64,000 nt of DNA from Candidatus Kuenenia stuttgartensis (GTDB taxonomy: Bacteria; Planctomycetota; GCA-002687715; CAIWVZ01). Every line of letters starts with the position of its first letter. Position 1 is the first letter of the stretch. Positions 1-15,523 of the stretch are shown piece by piece. The stretch covers positions 85,018-149,017 of the forward strand of contig CAMARR010000005.1 of the NCBI GenBank assembly GCA_945860915.1. Direction: 5' to 3'. The notes below the pieces were generated by a model. It made no database searches, was not told the origin of the DNA, and was given only the letters and a program-made list of their open reading frames with translations. The translations under genes and the position numbers were made by a program.

Positions 1-642
1 CCATCGGCTACGACCGGCCTTGCCGATGCGAACGTTGATGTGATCCGTGTTTCCGATGGTGCCCAGCGTCGCGCGGCACTTAAGCGGAACCATGCGCATT
101 TCTGTGGATGGAAGGAGGACCGTTGCATAGTCGCCTTCCTTTGCCACGAGTCGGGCAACCATGCCCGCACTGCGAACGAGCTGACCACCGCGGCCGGGAC
201 GAAGCTCGATGTTGTGGATTTCCACACCGACAGGGATGTCGGCGAGTGGCATGCAATTCCCAACGCGGGGATCGACGCCAGGTCCGGACTGAACCTTTTG
301 CCCTGCAGTTAGGCCGAGGGGCGCGAGGATGTACCGCTTCTCACCGTCTGCATAATGCAACAGCGCGATATTCGCCGAGCGGTTCGGGTCGTATTCGACG
401 GTCGCAACGACGGCAGGAACGCCATCCTTATTGCGACGGAAGTCGATGAGGCGGTACGCCTGCTTGTGGCCACCGCCACGGTGACGCGACGTAACGTGAC
501 CGTGCGCGTTTCGTCCACCAGAGCCCTTTTGGGGCTGCATGAGGGACTTTTCCGGCTCCACGCGCATGACTTCGGCCTTGAAGTCAATGACCGAGCCGAG
601 TCGGCGCGCGGGGGATGTTGGCTTAAACCTGCGAAGTGCCAT
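1..642 (-). CDS. rplB: 50S ribosomal protein L2 (3' end cut by window edge)
   Basis: Minus-strand ATG at 642 reads [14 protein letters not shown]. In the same frame, the reverse complement of ~439-486 encodes [16 protein letters not shown], the L2 signature. It is absent from the ORF track because the ORF runs off the window. It follows L23 as in S10 operons. Confidence 0.93.
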   Translation of the reverse strand, partial: MALRRFKPTSPARRLGSVIDFKAEVMRVEPEKSLMQPQKGSGGRNAHGHVTSRHRGGGHKQAYRLIDFRRNKDGVPAVVATVEYDPNRSANIALLHYADGEKRYILAPLGLTAGQKVQSGPGVDPRVGNCMPLADIPVGVEIHNIELRPGRGGQLVRSAGMVARLVAKEGDYATVLLPSTEMRMVPLKCRATLGTIGNTDHINVRIGKAGRSRW

Positions 643-668
643 GGTGTTTCCTCAGTGATCCGTGGGGA

Positions 669-950
669 TCAAAGGATGTCGATCTTCTCGCCTTCCTTGA
701 GCTGCACAATCGCCTTCTTCACGTTCGCTCGTTGGACTTGTCGCAAGCCAACTCGCTTGCGCGCGCCCTTTTTCACGAGCGTACGGACGTCGAGAACCTT
801 CACACTGAAGAGCTTCTCGATCGCCTGGCGAATCTCGACCTTGTTCGCGTCCTCAACTACTTCGAAGGAGTACACCGACCGCTTTTGCACGCGGTCCATG
901 TTCTTCTCCGTCATGAGAGGACGAACGATGATGCCTTGGGGATCACGCAT
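669..950 (-). CDS. rplW: 50S ribosomal protein L23
   Basis: ORF 669..1016 trimmed to the ATG at 950 (MRDPQGIIVRPLMTEKNM...). L23-like sequence, located between L4 and L2. Overlaps the rplD stop by 8 nt. Confidence 0.9.
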   Translation of the reverse strand: MRDPQGIIVRPLMTEKNMDRVQKRSVYSFEVVEDANKVEIRQAIEKLFSVKVLDVRTLVKKGARKRVGLRQVQRANVKKAIVQLKEGEKIDIL

Positions 951-1572
951 TGTCGTGAATCTCCTTAATTGCGGCCAAGCCGTCCTCGGTGACGAGGATG
1001 TGGCGGTAAAGCGCAACGTCGTAGGCGTTCAGATCTCTAGCCGACATCACCTTCACGCGAGGAAGGTTGCGAACGGCCAAGAGCAAGTTGCGATCAGCAG
1101 CACGCACCACGATGAGGCACGACGCCAAACAACCCACCGTTCGAAGGAGCTTCGCGAGATCCTTGGTCTTCGGGGAGGTCAGCCCGAGGCTGTCCACGGC
1201 GGAAACCTGATTGTCGCGAAACTTCGCGAGGAGAGCGGAGCGCAGCGCAACGCGTAGAGCCTTGCGAGGAAGCGCGTAGCGATACTCGCGAGGGTGTGGT
1301 CCGTGAGCGACACCACCACCGCGGCACTGAGGCACCTGAGGGTGCTTCACGCGCGCGTTACCGGTGTGCTTCTGCTTGAAAAGAGGCTTCTTGGCGCGAG
1401 CAACTTCTGCTCGCGTCAGCGTGTCGTGAGTGCCCTGACGCTTGTTCGCTTCGTACATGACGACAGCGTTGAACAAGGTACGGGCAAGCACCCTCTCGCC
1501 TAGGAACGCGGTGTCGACGGGCAATTTGCCCGACTTTCCGCCCTTCATGCAAGGAATGTCCATGGTGCCCAT
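943..1572 (-). CDS. rplD: 50S ribosomal protein L4
   Basis: 209 aa containing ...QCRGGGVAHGPHPREYRYALPRK..., typical of L4. S10-operon order. Its ATG shares 1 nt with the rplC TAA stop. Confidence 0.93.
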   Translation of the reverse strand: MGTMDIPCMKGGKSGKLPVDTAFLGERVLARTLFNAVVMYEANKRQGTHDTLTRAEVARAKKPLFKQKHTGNARVKHPQVPQCRGGGVAHGPHPREYRYALPRKALRVALRSALLAKFRDNQVSAVDSLGLTSPKTKDLAKLLRTVGCLASCLIVVRAADRNLLLAVRNLPRVKVMSARDLNAYDVALYRHILVTEDGLAAIKEIHDNA

Positions 1573-2285
1573 TACTTCTTACCCTTGGCAGCGGAAGCCT
1601 TCTGCGGGTTCTTCTTCTTGAGGTCGACCGCGGCGACCTTCTTGATCTTCTTCACCCCGGTCTTGGCGGTTTGGACGTAAACCAGCCCACCCTGGGGACC
1701 TGGGACGGCGCCCTTCACGAGCAGGATGTGATTCTCTTCATCAACCACGATGACCTCAAGGTTCTTCGTGGTTTGACGAGTCGTTCCGTAGTGCCCAGCC
1801 ATCTTCTTGTTCTTGAAGACGCGGCCTGGATCGGAGTGCATTCCGATCGAACCAGGTCGGCGATGGCACATGTGGCCGTGCGACGCTGGACGACCGTGGA
1901 AGCCGTGGCGTTTCATAACGCCCGCCGTGCCGCGACCCTTGAGCCAGCCGATGGCATCGACAAGGTCGCCTGCCTTGAAGACGGTGCAGTTGATCACCTC
2001 ACCGGCCTTCTGGGAGGGCTCGGCGTCGAGACGCCATTCGCGGATAACGCGATGGGCTGCTACGCCGTGCTTCTTTAGATGTCCGAGCTCGGGCTTCGAG
2101 ACGGACTTCTCTTTGATGGGGTCGAACGCGAGCTGGATGGCGTTGTAGCCGTCAGTGCCCTTGGCCGACTTGACTTGAGTGACTGTGCATGGCCCCGCCT
2201 CGACGATCGTGACCGGCACAGCCTGGCCCGACTCGTTGAAGACTTGAATCATGCGGCCTTTTCGGCCAAGGATGAAGTGTCCCAT
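1572..2285 (-). CDS. rplC: 50S ribosomal protein L3
   Basis: MGHFILGRKGRMIQVF... is a typical L3 N-terminus. GAGG lies about 6 nt upstream of the ATG at 2285. The ORF-track start at 2318 is a TTG and looks like an over-extension. Confidence 0.92.
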   Translation of the reverse strand: MGHFILGRKGRMIQVFNESGQAVPVTIVEAGPCTVTQVKSAKGTDGYNAIQLAFDPIKEKSVSKPELGHLKKHGVAAHRVIREWRLDAEPSQKAGEVINCTVFKAGDLVDAIGWLKGRGTAGVMKRHGFHGRPASHGHMCHRRPGSIGMHSDPGRVFKNKKMAGHYGTTRQTTKNLEVIVVDEENHILLVKGAVPGPQGGLVYVQTAKTGVKKIKKVAAVDLKKKNPQKASAAKGKK

Positions 2286-2392
2286 GACAACCTCTGAAAT
2301 CCGTTCGTTGCGTTCCAATTCGTGCTGCCGGTCTCTGCGGGAGCATTGCCGCAGGATTCCGGCCCGGGGCTACCCCCGGTCCCGGTACGACC

Positions 2393-2701
2393 TCACGCCT
2401 TGATGGCGATATTCACACCCGCCGGCAGGTTGAGCTGCGAGAGCAGGTCGACCGTACGCTTGGTGGGCTGACTGAGGAAGATGATCCGCTTGTGAGTGCG
2501 GACCTCGAACTGCTCGCGGGATTTCTTATCCCCGTGAGGGCTTCGCAAAACCGTGAACCGCTCGATACGAGTGGGTAACGGCACTGGCCCTGTCACCTTG
2601 GCCTCCGTCCGCTTGGCCACTTCGACAATCTCCTTCGCGGAGCTGTCTAGGGCCTCGTGGTCGTAGGACTCGAGGCGAATCTTGATCGGTTTATCCGACA
2701 T
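2393..2701 (-). CDS. rpsJ: 30S ribosomal protein S10
   Basis: [14 protein letters not shown]...[31 protein letters not shown] matches the S10 pattern. GGAG abuts the first ATG (2707) but lies 6 nt before the second ATG (2701), so 2701 is the preferred start. Confidence 0.93.
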   Translation of the reverse strand: MSDKPIKIRLESYDHEALDSSAKEIVEVAKRTEAKVTGPVPLPTRIERFTVLRSPHGDKKSREQFEVRTHKRIIFLSQPTKRTVDLLSQLNLPAGVNIAIKA

Positions 2702-3165
2702 TTCCATCTCCGAGAGCCAGACACTCGTCTGACTCCATCACGGTTTTGCCGTGAAATAACCCAACGGGAGACGGCACGATCGCCGAGGCACAGAGGCGAC
2801 ATCCGCAAGCGGATTGCCCATGCTTTGCCGGTGTCTTTGGCGCAGTCTCCCCCAGGCACGAGGCCTTCCGGAGACCGCCTGGCGATCGCAAGGATCACCG
2901 CACCCAAAGGCCAACAGTAAACTGCCAGCACCGGACTGCCACAGGGGAACGATCAGCTCGTCACCCCCATTGAGGGACGGGCAATATGGCACAGGCCGGT
3001 CCCCCTTCAAGCCCAACCACAAAAAAAACTCCAGTTACTTGACAAACACGCTGCGAGGACGATAAAGCGCCTGCTTCGGGGCCCCCTATAAAGTGCGACA
3101 CCCCCCGGCCTGCGCCAGAGGGTGTTGCCATTTCGCCCGGGGTCACCCCTTGGGGCGCGCATCGA

Positions 3166-5232
3166 TCACTTCTGGTCGACTTTGATGTTCCCAGGGACAG
3201 CCAGATACTCGAACGGCTCCATCTCGCAGGAAGCACGGCCCTGCGAAAGCGAGCGCAGCACCGTGGAGTAGCCGAACAACTCGGCCAGAGGCGTTGAGGC
3301 GTGAACCTCATTCGGCTCTTTCGACGTGTTCAGTTCTCCGATCGAGGCGCGGCGCTTGTTCAGGTCGCCGATGATCGGCGACAGGAACTCGGACGGAACG
3401 TAGACGACCACCTTCATGATCGGCTCGAGCATCTGAAGGCCAGCGGCCTTCGCCGCGTCCTGGAACGCCATAGATCCTGCGATTTGGAAGGCCATTTCAC
3501 TCGAGTCGACGTCGTGGTACTTACCGTCGGTCAGGCGCACCTTGGTGTCGATGACCGGGTAACCCGACCCGCAGCCGCTTTCGGCGGCTTGGCGAGCACC
3601 GGCTTCGATCGGCGAAATGAATTCCTTCGGAATCGATCCGCCGGTGATCTCGTTCACGAACTCGAAGCCCTTGCCAGGATTCGGCTCGATCTCGATTCGG
3701 ACCTGCGCGAATTGACCGCGACCACCCGACTGCTTCGCGTACTTGAGGTCGATGCGTCCGGACGGCTTCTGGATGGTTTGACGATAGGCAACACGCGGCT
3801 TGCCGGTGTTCGCCGGCACGCCGTGATCGCGCGTGATACGCGTCGTCAGGATTTCGAGGTGAAGTTCGCCCATTCCGTAGATGATGAGCTGCCCGGTTTC
3901 CGCATCAACCGAGTACTTGAACGTCGGATCTTCGCGCATGAACCGCGCAAGGATTTCGCCAAGCTTCTCTTTGTCATCCGAGTTCTTGCACTCAATCGCC
4001 ATCGAGATAACGGTCGGCGGGAACGTCGGCGCAGGAAGTTGCATGAGCGACTCCCTCAAGCACACGGTGTCACCCGTGAAGGTAGTGCGGATGCCGACGG
4101 CCGCGCAGATTTGGCCGGCCTTCGCCTCTTCCATGGCCTGACGCGAGTTGGCATGCATCAGGTAGAGGTGAGCGATGCGCTCGACCTTGCCCGTACGCGG
4201 GTTGACCATCTGCATGCCGGGCTGAATCGTTCCCTGGTAGACACGAAGGAACGTCAAATCGCCGTGCTTGTCTCCAACGGTCTTGAAGACTAGCGCGCAT
4301 GGCGGCTTGTTGGGGTCGGTGCTGAGCTCAATCACCTCGTCCGTCTTGGGATTGATCGCGGTGACGATCGGCTTATCCAACGGCGACGGGAGGAAGGCCC
4401 GGACACCGTCCAACAGTCGCTGAACACCCTTGTTGCGCAACGCTGTCCCACAGAACACCGGGGTGATCTTGGAAGCGCAGGTGGCCTCGCGGATGCCACG
4501 AACTAGATCATCGAACGTGATCTGCTCGCCGTTGAGGAATTTCTCAGTGAGAGAGTCCGAGGACTCGGCGACGCGCTCTTCGAGCTTCTCGCGCCACTCC
4601 TGAGCGAGTTCCTTGTACTTCTCGGGGATTTCCTCGAGGATGAAGCGTGCGCCCTGCGATTCTTCGTCGTAACGAATCGCCTGCATTTTCACGAGATCGA
4701 CGACGCCTTCGAATTCCTTCTCAGCGCCCATGGGGACCATGACCGGAACCGGATTGGCTCCAAGCTTGTCCTTCATCGACTTGATGGCCTTGAAGAAGTC
4801 CGCGCCGGTGCGGTCCATCTTGTTGATAAAAGCCAAACGCGGGACGTTGTACTTATTCGCTTGGCGCCAAACCGTCATGGATTGAGGTTGAACACCGGCG
4901 ACGGCACAGAACACACCGATGGCTCCATCAAGCACGCGAAGCGATCGCTCGACTTCGGCGGTGAAGTCCACGTGGCCGGGAGTATCGATCAAATTGATCG
5001 TGATGTCCCGCCATTGGCAGGTTGTCGCCGCCGACTGAATGGTGATTCCGCGCTCCTGTTCATCCTGAAGGAAGTCCATTGTGGCGGACCCTTCATGGAC
5101 TTCACCGATGCGGTGTTCCTTGCCGGTATAGAAGAGGATACGCTCGGAGACGGTTGTCTTACCTGCGTCAATATGCGCGACGATTCCGATGTTACGGATC
5201 TTCGTGATGTCGTACTTGCTCACGGCATTCAC
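3166..5232 (-). CDS. fusA: Elongation factor G
   Basis: 688 aa with G-domain motifs [17 protein letters not shown] and NKMDR. Sits downstream of rpsL-rpsG. Confidence 0.97.
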   Translation of the reverse strand: MNAVSKYDITKIRNIGIVAHIDAGKTTVSERILFYTGKEHRIGEVHEGSATMDFLQDEQERGITIQSAATTCQWRDITINLIDTPGHVDFTAEVERSLRVLDGAIGVFCAVAGVQPQSMTVWRQANKYNVPRLAFINKMDRTGADFFKAIKSMKDKLGANPVPVMVPMGAEKEFEGVVDLVKMQAIRYDEESQGARFILEEIPEKYKELAQEWREKLEERVAESSDSLTEKFLNGEQITFDDLVRGIREATCASKITPVFCGTALRNKGVQRLLDGVRAFLPSPLDKPIVTAINPKTDEVIELSTDPNKPPCALVFKTVGDKHGDLTFLRVYQGTIQPGMQMVNPRTGKVERIAHLYLMHANSRQAMEEAKAGQICAAVGIRTTFTGDTVCLRESLMQLPAPTFPPTVISMAIECKNSDDKEKLGEILARFMREDPTFKYSVDAETGQLIIYGMGELHLEILTTRITRDHGVPANTGKPRVAYRQTIQKPSGRIDLKYAKQSGGRGQFAQVRIEIEPNPGKGFEFVNEITGGSIPKEFISPIEAGARQAAESGCGSGYPVIDTKVRLTDGKYHDVDSSEMAFQIAGSMAFQDAAKAAGLQMLEPIMKVVVYVPSEFLSPIIGDLNKRRASIGELNTSKEPNEVHASTPLAELFGYSTVLRSLSQGRASCEMEPFEYLAVPGNIKVDQK

Positions 5233-5342
5233 CTCGGGCCCGAAATTGGGTCCTAATGATTAGCAAGGAGGCGCCGGAAGTCCACTCGGACGACCGACGC
5301 CGCTTGTCTCAACTACCGACGATCAACGTCGGCTTAACTCAC

Positions 5343-5816
5343 TCACCACGCGAGGTGAGCATTCATTTTGTTCGCCTCTGCCATCTTGTGCGTGTTCTCG
5401 CGGATCGAGATCGCGGCGCCTTCGTTCTTGTAGGCGGCGAGGATCTCGTCGGCGAGACGCACGGACATCGGACGACCTGGACGATCGCGGCAAACGTCGA
5501 GAATCCAGCGGAATGCCAGCGATTGCTGACGGCTGCGCTTAACCTCGATCGGCACCTGATAGTTGGCACCACCAACACGCTTCGAGCGAACCTCGACAAC
5601 GGGCTTCAGGTTGTTGACTGCTTGTGCGAAGACTTCGTCAGCCTTCTGATCAGGCAGCTTCTTGGTGACCGTCTCAAGCGCTGCGTACACGACGCGGCGC
5701 GCTGTGGTCTTCTTGCCCTGCTTCATCACGCTGTTGACGAACTTCGAGATGAGGCGCGATCCGAATTTCGGATCGGGCTTCAGGAATCGCTCGGTGGATG
5801 CGAACTTCTTTGCCAT
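5343..5816 (-). CDS. rpsG: 30S ribosomal protein S7
   Basis: 157 aa with ...VEVRSKRVGGANYQVPIEV... S7 core. str-operon position. Confidence 0.96.
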   Translation of the reverse strand: MAKKFASTERFLKPDPKFGSRLISKFVNSVMKQGKKTTARRVVYAALETVTKKLPDQKADEVFAQAVNNLKPVVEVRSKRVGGANYQVPIEVKRSRQQSLAFRWILDVCRDRPGRPMSVRLADEILAAYKNEGAAISIRENTHKMAEANKMNAHLAW

Positions 5817-5879
5817 GTGCGTGCTCGATAACCGCCTCGAAGGCGGCCCTCTCCCCCGGCTATGCGCCAGGGGCGTGTA

Positions 5880-6251
5880 TCACTTAGGACGCTTCGCGCC
5901 GTACTTAGACCGGCTGCGCTTGCGATCTTCCACGCCGCCCGAGTCAAGCGTGCCGCGGACGATGTGGTAACGGACACCAGGAAGGTCGCGGACGCGACCG
6001 CCGCGCACGAGCACGATCGAGTGCTCTTGCAGATTGTGGCCTTCGCCCGGGATATAGACCGTAGTCTCTTTCCCATTCGAAAGGCGCACTCGGGCGATCT
6101 TGCGAAGAGCCGAGTTTGGCTTCTTCGGGGTCATCGTCTTGACCTGCAGACAGACGCCGCGCTTCTGCGGGCATCCATCGAGCACGGGGCTCTTGCTCTT
6201 GGCCTTGACGCGTTCGCGGCCCTTGCGGACCAGTTGGTTGATCGTGGGCAT
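5880..6251 (-). CDS. rpsL: 30S ribosomal protein S12
   Basis: ORF 5880..6338 trimmed to the ATG at 6251 ([13 protein letters not shown]...). Contains [10 protein letters not shown] and the [14 protein letters not shown] motifs. Confidence 0.96.
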   Translation of the reverse strand: MPTINQLVRKGRERVKAKSKSPVLDGCPQKRGVCLQVKTMTPKKPNSALRKIARVRLSNGKETTVYIPGEGHNLQEHSIVLVRGGRVRDLPGVRYHIVRGTLDSGGVEDRKRSRSKYGAKRPK

Positions 6252-6365
6252 GGATCTCGAATTCCGAATCACCCCCGCCTTGGACATCCAAGGACGGGGT
6301 AAGGGGAAAGATGGTACCCGCCTCTCGTCCCCCTTCAAGGAAGAGGTTCAAGGGGCGGAATCTCG

Positions 6366-9300
6366 TCAGGACGCCGAAGCGTCCGACGACTTGACAGGAG
6401 CGCCGGCGCCCCCCATTTCGAACTGATGCTTGATTACCGTGCGGTGGTAATCACTGAATCCGGTACCGGCCGGGATGAGGTGCCCAAGGATGACGTTCTC
6501 CTTGAGTCCCATGAGGTTATCGCGCTTACCAGCCATGGCCGCTTGCGTAAGCACCTTGGTGGTCTCCTGGAAGGAAGCCGCCGAGATGAACGAGTCGGAC
6601 TGGAGAGCGGCCTTGGTGATTCCAAGAAGAAGCGGCTCAGAGACGGGCGGCTTGCCTTGGGCCTCGCGGATACGCAGTGCTTCGCGCTTGAAGAAAGCGC
6701 GATCAACCTGTGTCCCCGGGAGGAAGTCCGAGTCGCCCGACTCGATCAACTTCACCTTGCGCAACATCTGACTGACGATGATTTCGATGTGCTTGTCGTC
6801 GATTACAACGCCTTGGGCGCGGTAGACCTTCTGCACTTCGTCGAGCAGGTACTCCTGCACCTTCTCAACTCCCGAAATCCGCAGCACATCCTGTGGATAC
6901 AGCGGGCCTTCAACCAACGCCTCACCGGCGCGGATCGTGTCCCCGACGTGAACCCTCAGATACTTGCTCTGCGGCACGAGATGCTCGCGAACTTCACCAG
7001 TCTGCTGATTCGTCACAATGATCGTGCGCTTGTTGCGCTTGCGATCAATCGCGGTGATGGTCCCGTCGATTTCAGCCAACACCGCAGGATCCTTCGGCAA
7101 ACGGTTCTCGAAGAGTTCCGTCACGCGTGGGAGACCCGAGGTGATGTCCTGTGTACCGCCCGAAGAACGAGGACGCTTCGCCAACAACATACCGGCGCGC
7201 ACCTGCTGACCATCCTTGACTTCGATTTCAGCCAATTCCGGCAAATGGAACTGACTGAGGGTCTTGCCGGACTTGTCACGCAAGAGAATTTGCGGATGCA
7301 AGGAGTCCTTCGACGCGCGCTGCTCCTTGATGAGCATCCGGCGCTTCTTGGAACCCGGGTCCTGCTCCGTCTTCATCGTCACACCTTCAACGATGTCCTC
7401 AAAGTGGACCATTCCGTCGAACGTGGCGATGATGGGGCTCGTGTGAGGATCCCATTCGCAAGCCTTACGGCCCTTCTTGGCGTCAACCGCGGAGAGCTCG
7501 TCGCCGTCCTTCACAAGCATCGTCGCACCAAGCGGCACCGAAAAGTTGTCAACTTCAAGGCCACGCGCGTCTACGACGGAAATGGTTCCGTTTCGCGACA
7601 ACGCAGTGACCCGACCTTCGGAGTCCGCTGGCGAGGTGAGCAACTGAGCCGAGAAGCGAATGGTTCCAGGCTTCTTCAGAATAATCTCGCGCTCCTGTGC
7701 TGCACGAGTCGCCGTACCACCGATGTGGAACGTACGCATCGTGAGCTGGGTTCCAGGTTCGCCGATGGACTGCGCGGCAATGACGCCGACTGCAGTTCCG
7801 ATTTCGACAAGCTTCTTGCGCGAAAGATCCATGCCGTAGCAACGAGCGCAAAGCCCCTGAGGGGCATCGCACGTCATGGGCGTACGCACCTTAATGGCCG
7901 GGAAGTCAAGCGACTCGAGGCGTGCCGCCGCTTCGTCGGTGATCATGTCATTCGCACGGACGATGACCTCGCCGCGCACAACATCTTCGACGGTTGAGAC
8001 CGCAACACGGCCGCGAACCTGCTGCGACAGCGGGACCGCGACCTTGTCTTGGACGATGACCGCGGACTTGTTTAGTCCGTTCGTGGTGACGCAGTCCGAC
8101 ATCGTGATAACGACGTTCTGGGTCACGTCGGCCAATTTGCGGGTCAGATAACCCGAGTCGGCCGTCTTGAGGGCAGTATCCGCGAGACCCTTGCGCGCAC
8201 CGTGGGTCGAGGAGAAGTACTCCAGAACATTAAGGCCTTCGCGGAAATTCGACTTGATAGGCGTCTCGATGATCTCGCCGTTTGGCTTGGCCATAAGGCC
8301 GCGCATACCGGCGAGCTGCAACACCTGAGTGACCGATCCACGAGCGCCCGATTCCGCCATTAGGTGGATCGGGTTCTTGTATGGGTCATTCGGGCGAATG
8401 TACATCTTGAGTTCGCTCATCATCACGTCGCCCAAGTCGTCCTTGGCCTTCGTGTAGGTGTCGACGACTCGGTCGTAGCGCTCCTTGTCAGAGATGGCGC
8501 CAGCCTCGCGCTGACGCTCGGCCTCTTCTACTTCGCGCTGCGCGCGAGCAAGAATATCCTTCTTCTGATGAGGAATCAGGATGTCGTCCTTGCCGAACGA
8601 GAGCCCGGCAGCCGTAGACGCCTTGAATCCAAGAGACTTCAGGTCATCTAGCAACTTGATTACAGCTTGGGTCCCGAGAATCCGGTCGCAGTCTGTGATA
8701 ACGCGTTGAAGCGTCTTCTTGTCAAGAAGACGATTGTAATAGGGCATGCCCTTCGGAAGGATGTCATCGAAGATCACTCGACCAACGGTCGTCTCGATCC
8801 AACCGTTGCGTACGTGAGACTCGCCCTTCTCCCCATACACCGCACGCTCTCCGCGAACGCGGATGCGGATGCGTTGGTGTGTCTGGGCCTTGCGGCGTCC
8901 ATCGCGACCCGAATCGCCGTGTGCACGGAACACTTCCATCGACGAGGCGTAGGACTTGAGGTATTCCTGGTCCTTGCCGTTGACAGACTTTCTCGTGACT
9001 TCGACGGTTCCCGGTCCGTTCGCCGTGAGATAGGCGCATCCAAGAACGACGTCCTGGGTCGGCGCCATGATCGGTCGGCCGTTCGCTGGCGAGAAGATGT
9101 TGTTGGTAGACAACATCAACGTGCGAGCCTCAACCTGCGCTTCAAGGGAAAGCGGAAGGTGGACCGCCATCTGGTCGCCGTCAAAGTCGGCGTTAAAGCC
9201 GGTGCAGACGAGCGGATGGATACGAATGGCGTTGCCTTCGATCAGAACTGGCTCAAACGCTTGGATTCCGATACGGTGAAGCGTCGGTGCGCGATTGAGC

Positions 9301-10568
9301 AGAACCGGGTGGTTCTGAATAACTTCTTCGAGGATGTCCCAGACCTGTTCGTCGCGACGCTCGAGCATCTTCTTGGCCGAGCGGATGGTGTCCGCCAACC
9401 CAAGTTCGCGCAGGCGACGGATGATGAACGGCTGGAAGAGTTCGAGCGCGATCTTCTTAGGAAGTCCGCACTGATGCAACTTCAAATCTGGTCCGACGAC
9501 GATGACCGAACGGGCGGAATAGTCGACACGCTTTCCGAGAAGATTCTCGCGGAAGCGGCCCTGCTTGCCCTTGATCATGTCGGTCAGCGACTTGAGTGGG
9601 CGATTGCTTGATCCGAGCACCGGGCGCTTGCAGCGGCCGTTGTCGAAGAGCGCGTCCACCGACTGCTGCAACATGCGCTTTTCGTTCCGGATGATGACTT
9701 CCGGCGCGTTGAGGTCGAGGAACTTCTTTAGGCGATTGTTGCGGTTGATCAAACGACGGTAAAGGTCGTTGAGATCGGACGACGCAAAGTTACCCGACTC
9801 GAGAAGAACTAACGGCCGAAGCTCCGGTGGGATGACCGGCACGACGTCGAGAATCATCCACTCAGGACGATTACCCGACGACTCAAGATCGTTGACGGTC
9901 TTGAGACGCTTAATGAGGTCCTTCTGCTTCTGCTTTGAGCGGGTCTCGGTCAACTCCTCGCGGAGCTCGCCTTCGATACGCTTCAAATCCATGCTTGAGA
10001 GGAGGCGATGAATCGATTCGGCTCCCATGCCAGCTTCGAAGGTAAGGCCACGTTCGCGCAACGCGCGATACTGGTCTTCCGTCAGAATCTGTCGCACTTC
10101 GAGCTTGGTCTGATCGGAATTCCCGGCGTCGATGACGACGTAATCCTGGAAGTAGATCACCTTCTCGATGTCAGACGCCTTCATTCCAAGAAGCGCGCCG
10201 AGGCGTGACGGCATCGCCTTGAAGAACCAAATGTGAGCAACCTTCGCCGCGAGGGTGATGTGTCCCATGCGGGTGCGTCGTTCACGCGAGTGCGTGATTT
10301 TGACGCCGCAACGGTCGCAGACGATGCCCTTGTGCTTGATGCCCTTGTACTTACCGCAGAAGCACTCGTAGTCGTTCTTCGGTCCAAAGATCCGCTCGCA
10401 GAACAAGCCGTCCTTCTCAGGGCGGTAGGTGCGATAGTTAATGGTCTCCGGCTTGCGAACCTCGCCGTAGGACCAGTTGCGAATGTCGGTGGGAGACGCG
10501 AGGCGAATCGTCACCGCAATGATGTCGTTAACGCGCTCGTACCGGGCGTCGGGATCGATGTTCGTCAT
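6366..10568 (-). CDS. rpoC: DNA-directed RNA polymerase subunit beta'
   Basis: 1400 aa. Has the catalytic NADFDGDQM motif and N-terminal zinc-binding cysteines (CERIFGP...CFCGKY...CDRCGV). Confidence 0.98.
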   Translation of the reverse strand: MTNIDPDARYERVNDIIAVTIRLASPTDIRNWSYGEVRKPETINYRTYRPEKDGLFCERIFGPKNDYECFCGKYKGIKHKGIVCDRCGVKITHSRERRTRMGHITLAAKVAHIWFFKAMPSRLGALLGMKASDIEKVIYFQDYVVIDAGNSDQTKLEVRQILTEDQYRALRERGLTFEAGMGAESIHRLLSSMDLKRIEGELREELTETRSKQKQKDLIKRLKTVNDLESSGNRPEWMILDVVPVIPPELRPLVLLESGNFASSDLNDLYRRLINRNNRLKKFLDLNAPEVIIRNEKRMLQQSVDALFDNGRCKRPVLGSSNRPLKSLTDMIKGKQGRFRENLLGKRVDYSARSVIVVGPDLKLHQCGLPKKIALELFQPFIIRRLRELGLADTIRSAKKMLERRDEQVWDILEEVIQNHPVLLNRAPTLHRIGIQAFEPVLIEGNAIRIHPLVCTGFNADFDGDQMAVHLPLSLEAQVEARTLMLSTNNIFSPANGRPIMAPTQDVVLGCAYLTANGPGTVEVTRKSVNGKDQEYLKSYASSMEVFRAHGDSGRDGRRKAQTHQRIRIRVRGERAVYGEKGESHVRNGWIETTVGRVIFDDILPKGMPYYNRLLDKKTLQRVITDCDRILGTQAVIKLLDDLKSLGFKASTAAGLSFGKDDILIPHQKKDILARAQREVEEAERQREAGAISDKERYDRVVDTYTKAKDDLGDVMMSELKMYIRPNDPYKNPIHLMAESGARGSVTQVLQLAGMRGLMAKPNGEIIETPIKSNFREGLNVLEYFSSTHGARKGLADTALKTADSGYLTRKLADVTQNVVITMSDCVTTNGLNKSAVIVQDKVAVPLSQQVRGRVAVSTVEDVVRGEVIVRANDMITDEAAARLESLDFPAIKVRTPMTCDAPQGLCARCYGMDLSRKKLVEIGTAVGVIAAQSIGEPGTQLTMRTFHIGGTATRAAQEREIILKKPGTIRFSAQLLTSPADSEGRVTALSRNGTISVVDARGLEVDNFSVPLGATMLVKDGDELSAVDAKKGRKACEWDPHTSPIIATFDGMVHFEDIVEGVTMKTEQDPGSKKRRMLIKEQRASKDSLHPQILLRDKSGKTLSQFHLPELAEIEVKDGQQVRAGMLLAKRPRSSGGTQDITSGLPRVTELFENRLPKDPAVLAEIDGTITAIDRKRNKRTIIVTNQQTGEVREHLVPQSKYLRVHVGDTIRAGEALVEGPLYPQDVLRISGVEKVQEYLLDEVQKVYRAQGVVIDDKHIEIIVSQMLRKVKLIESGDSDFLPGTQVDRAFFKREALRIREAQGKPPVSEPLLLGITKAALQSDSFISAASFQETTKVLTQAAMAGKRDNLMGLKENVILGHLIPAGTGFSDYHRTVIKHQFEMGGAGAPVKSSDASAS

Positions 10569-10581
10569 GACTTTGATCTCC

Positions 10582-14340
<3,759 letters not shown>

Positions 14341-14464
14341 GGCCGCAGCCGCAACTACACTTCAAATGGGACGGGGAGCCTCCGCCCGGTACCCACTACG
14401 GGCACTGGTCGGCTGGGCTCCTCGGGCGCTAGGCCTCGTTACGTTTCGGTCCACGCGTCAGGTA

Positions 14465-14523
14465 CCTCAGGGCGAACCCTGAGGATGCCGTCCGAACGCG
14501 CCGCCCTGTGAGGGAGCGGCGCG
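14465..14523 (-). terminator. Two hairpins in the rplL-rpoB spacer (candidate attenuator)
   Basis: cctcaggg-cgaa-ccctgagg is a perfect 8-bp stem at 14465-14484. A GC-rich stem cgcgccg/cggcgcg lies at 14497-14523, starting 13 nt after the rplL stop. An rplL-rpoB attenuator is known in E. coli. No clear U-run is present. Confidence 0.35.
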
Positions 14524-14535
14524 CCGGAGAGTCGG

Positions 14536-14925
14536 TCACTTCACCTCGACGGTAGCGCCGGCCTCAACGAGCTTCTTCTTCATATCCTCAGCGTCGTCCT
14601 TCGACACGCCGGTCTTCACGGGCTTCGGTGCGCCGTCAACCAAGTCCTTCGCCTCCTTGAGGCCAAGTCCTGTGATCTCGCGGACAACCTTAATCACCCC
14701 GATCTTGTTCTGGCCAGCGCCGGCAAGGATGACGTCGAAGGTCGACTTCTCAGCCGCCGCTTCGCCCGCACCCGCACCTGCCGCAGGAGCGCCAGCCATC
14801 ATGACCGGTGCAGCTGCTTCGACCTTGAACTCGGTCTTGAATGCTTCCTTGAGCTCGACGAGCTCGCGAACCGTCATTCCGCCGATTGAGTCCAGGATGT
14901 TCTTTACTTTGTCTGAGTACGACAT
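14536..14925 (-). CDS. rplL: 50S ribosomal protein L7/L12
   Basis: Trimmed to the ATG at 14925 ([26 protein letters not shown]...). Ala-rich hinge and the C-terminal ...[24 protein letters not shown]... block. GGAGAG upstream. Confidence 0.95.
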   Translation of the reverse strand: MSYSDKVKNILDSIGGMTVRELVELKEAFKTEFKVEAAAPVMMAGAPAAGAGAGEAAAEKSTFDVILAGAGQNKIGVIKVVREITGLGLKEAKDLVDGAPKPVKTGVSKDDAEDMKKKLVEAGATVEVK

Positions 14926-14974
14926 TGTTTCTCTCCAACTGCAGGATTCCCCCGCAGCCATTCTGTTGTTGGTA

Positions 14975-15508
14975 TCAGGCCCCGCCTTCGGCGGATTCCT
15001 TTTGTTTCACGAGCGCCTCAAGGAGCCCGTGCATTTCGGTAAGCGGTCCATCGAGATTTGCTGACATGCCGCTTACCGCGCCAAACATGCCGTGCAACGT
15101 CATGCCGAGGAGTTCCACGCGTCCAGGCACCTTGGAAAGGGCCGTGACACCAGCATTGTCGAGGACTTCGCCCTCGCTGTAGCCGCCGTGGATCTTCAGC
15201 TTCTTGTTGGCCTTGAGCGACGCGACGAGATGCTTCGCAATTGCGATCGCACCTTCGCCTCCGTACACAACAGCGCTTGGCCCACTGAGCCGCGCCCCAA
15301 GACCGACCATTTTTCTACGATCGAAGGCAACGCCCGCGAGAGTGTTTTTCACTACTCGCATGCGGAAACCCTTCTCACGCAACTTCGCTCGGATCGTTAC
15401 GGTCTCCGATGAGGTCCAACCCTCGCATCCAATTACGATGCAAGAATCACACCCATCGAGGTCCTTCACGACTACGTCGAGCATCGCAGCATTCATGCTT
15501 TTTGACAT
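14975..15508 (-). CDS. rplJ: 50S ribosomal protein L10
   Basis: 177 aa with ...[19 protein letters not shown]..., an L10-like block. Sits between rplA and rplL. Confidence 0.9.
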   Translation of the reverse strand: MSKSMNAAMLDVVVKDLDGCDSCIVIGCEGWTSSETVTIRAKLREKGFRMRVVKNTLAGVAFDRRKMVGLGARLSGPSAVVYGGEGAIAIAKHLVASLKANKKLKIHGGYSEGEVLDNAGVTALSKVPGRVELLGMTLHGMFGAVSGMSANLDGPLTEMHGLLEALVKQKESAEGGA

Positions 15509-15523
15509 GGCGGGATCTCCTCG

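Noticed and set aside
2850-2900. A ccggaagg-containing segment in the S10 leader that superficially recalls the SRP (4.5S) RNA domain IV GGAA tetraloop.
   Set aside because: The flanking bases do not form the required closing helix. The conserved AGCA and symmetric-loop sequences are absent.
3301-4293. A 330-aa plus-strand ORF antisense to fusA. Similar antisense ORFs occur in lepA (33983..34651 -), mreC (49622..50335 +), rplB-rplD (355..1257 +) and tuf (18656..19246 +).
   Set aside because: Same reasoning as for the rpoBC shadow ORFs. They fully overlap strongly supported genes, have no SD or start context, and have no recognisable domains.
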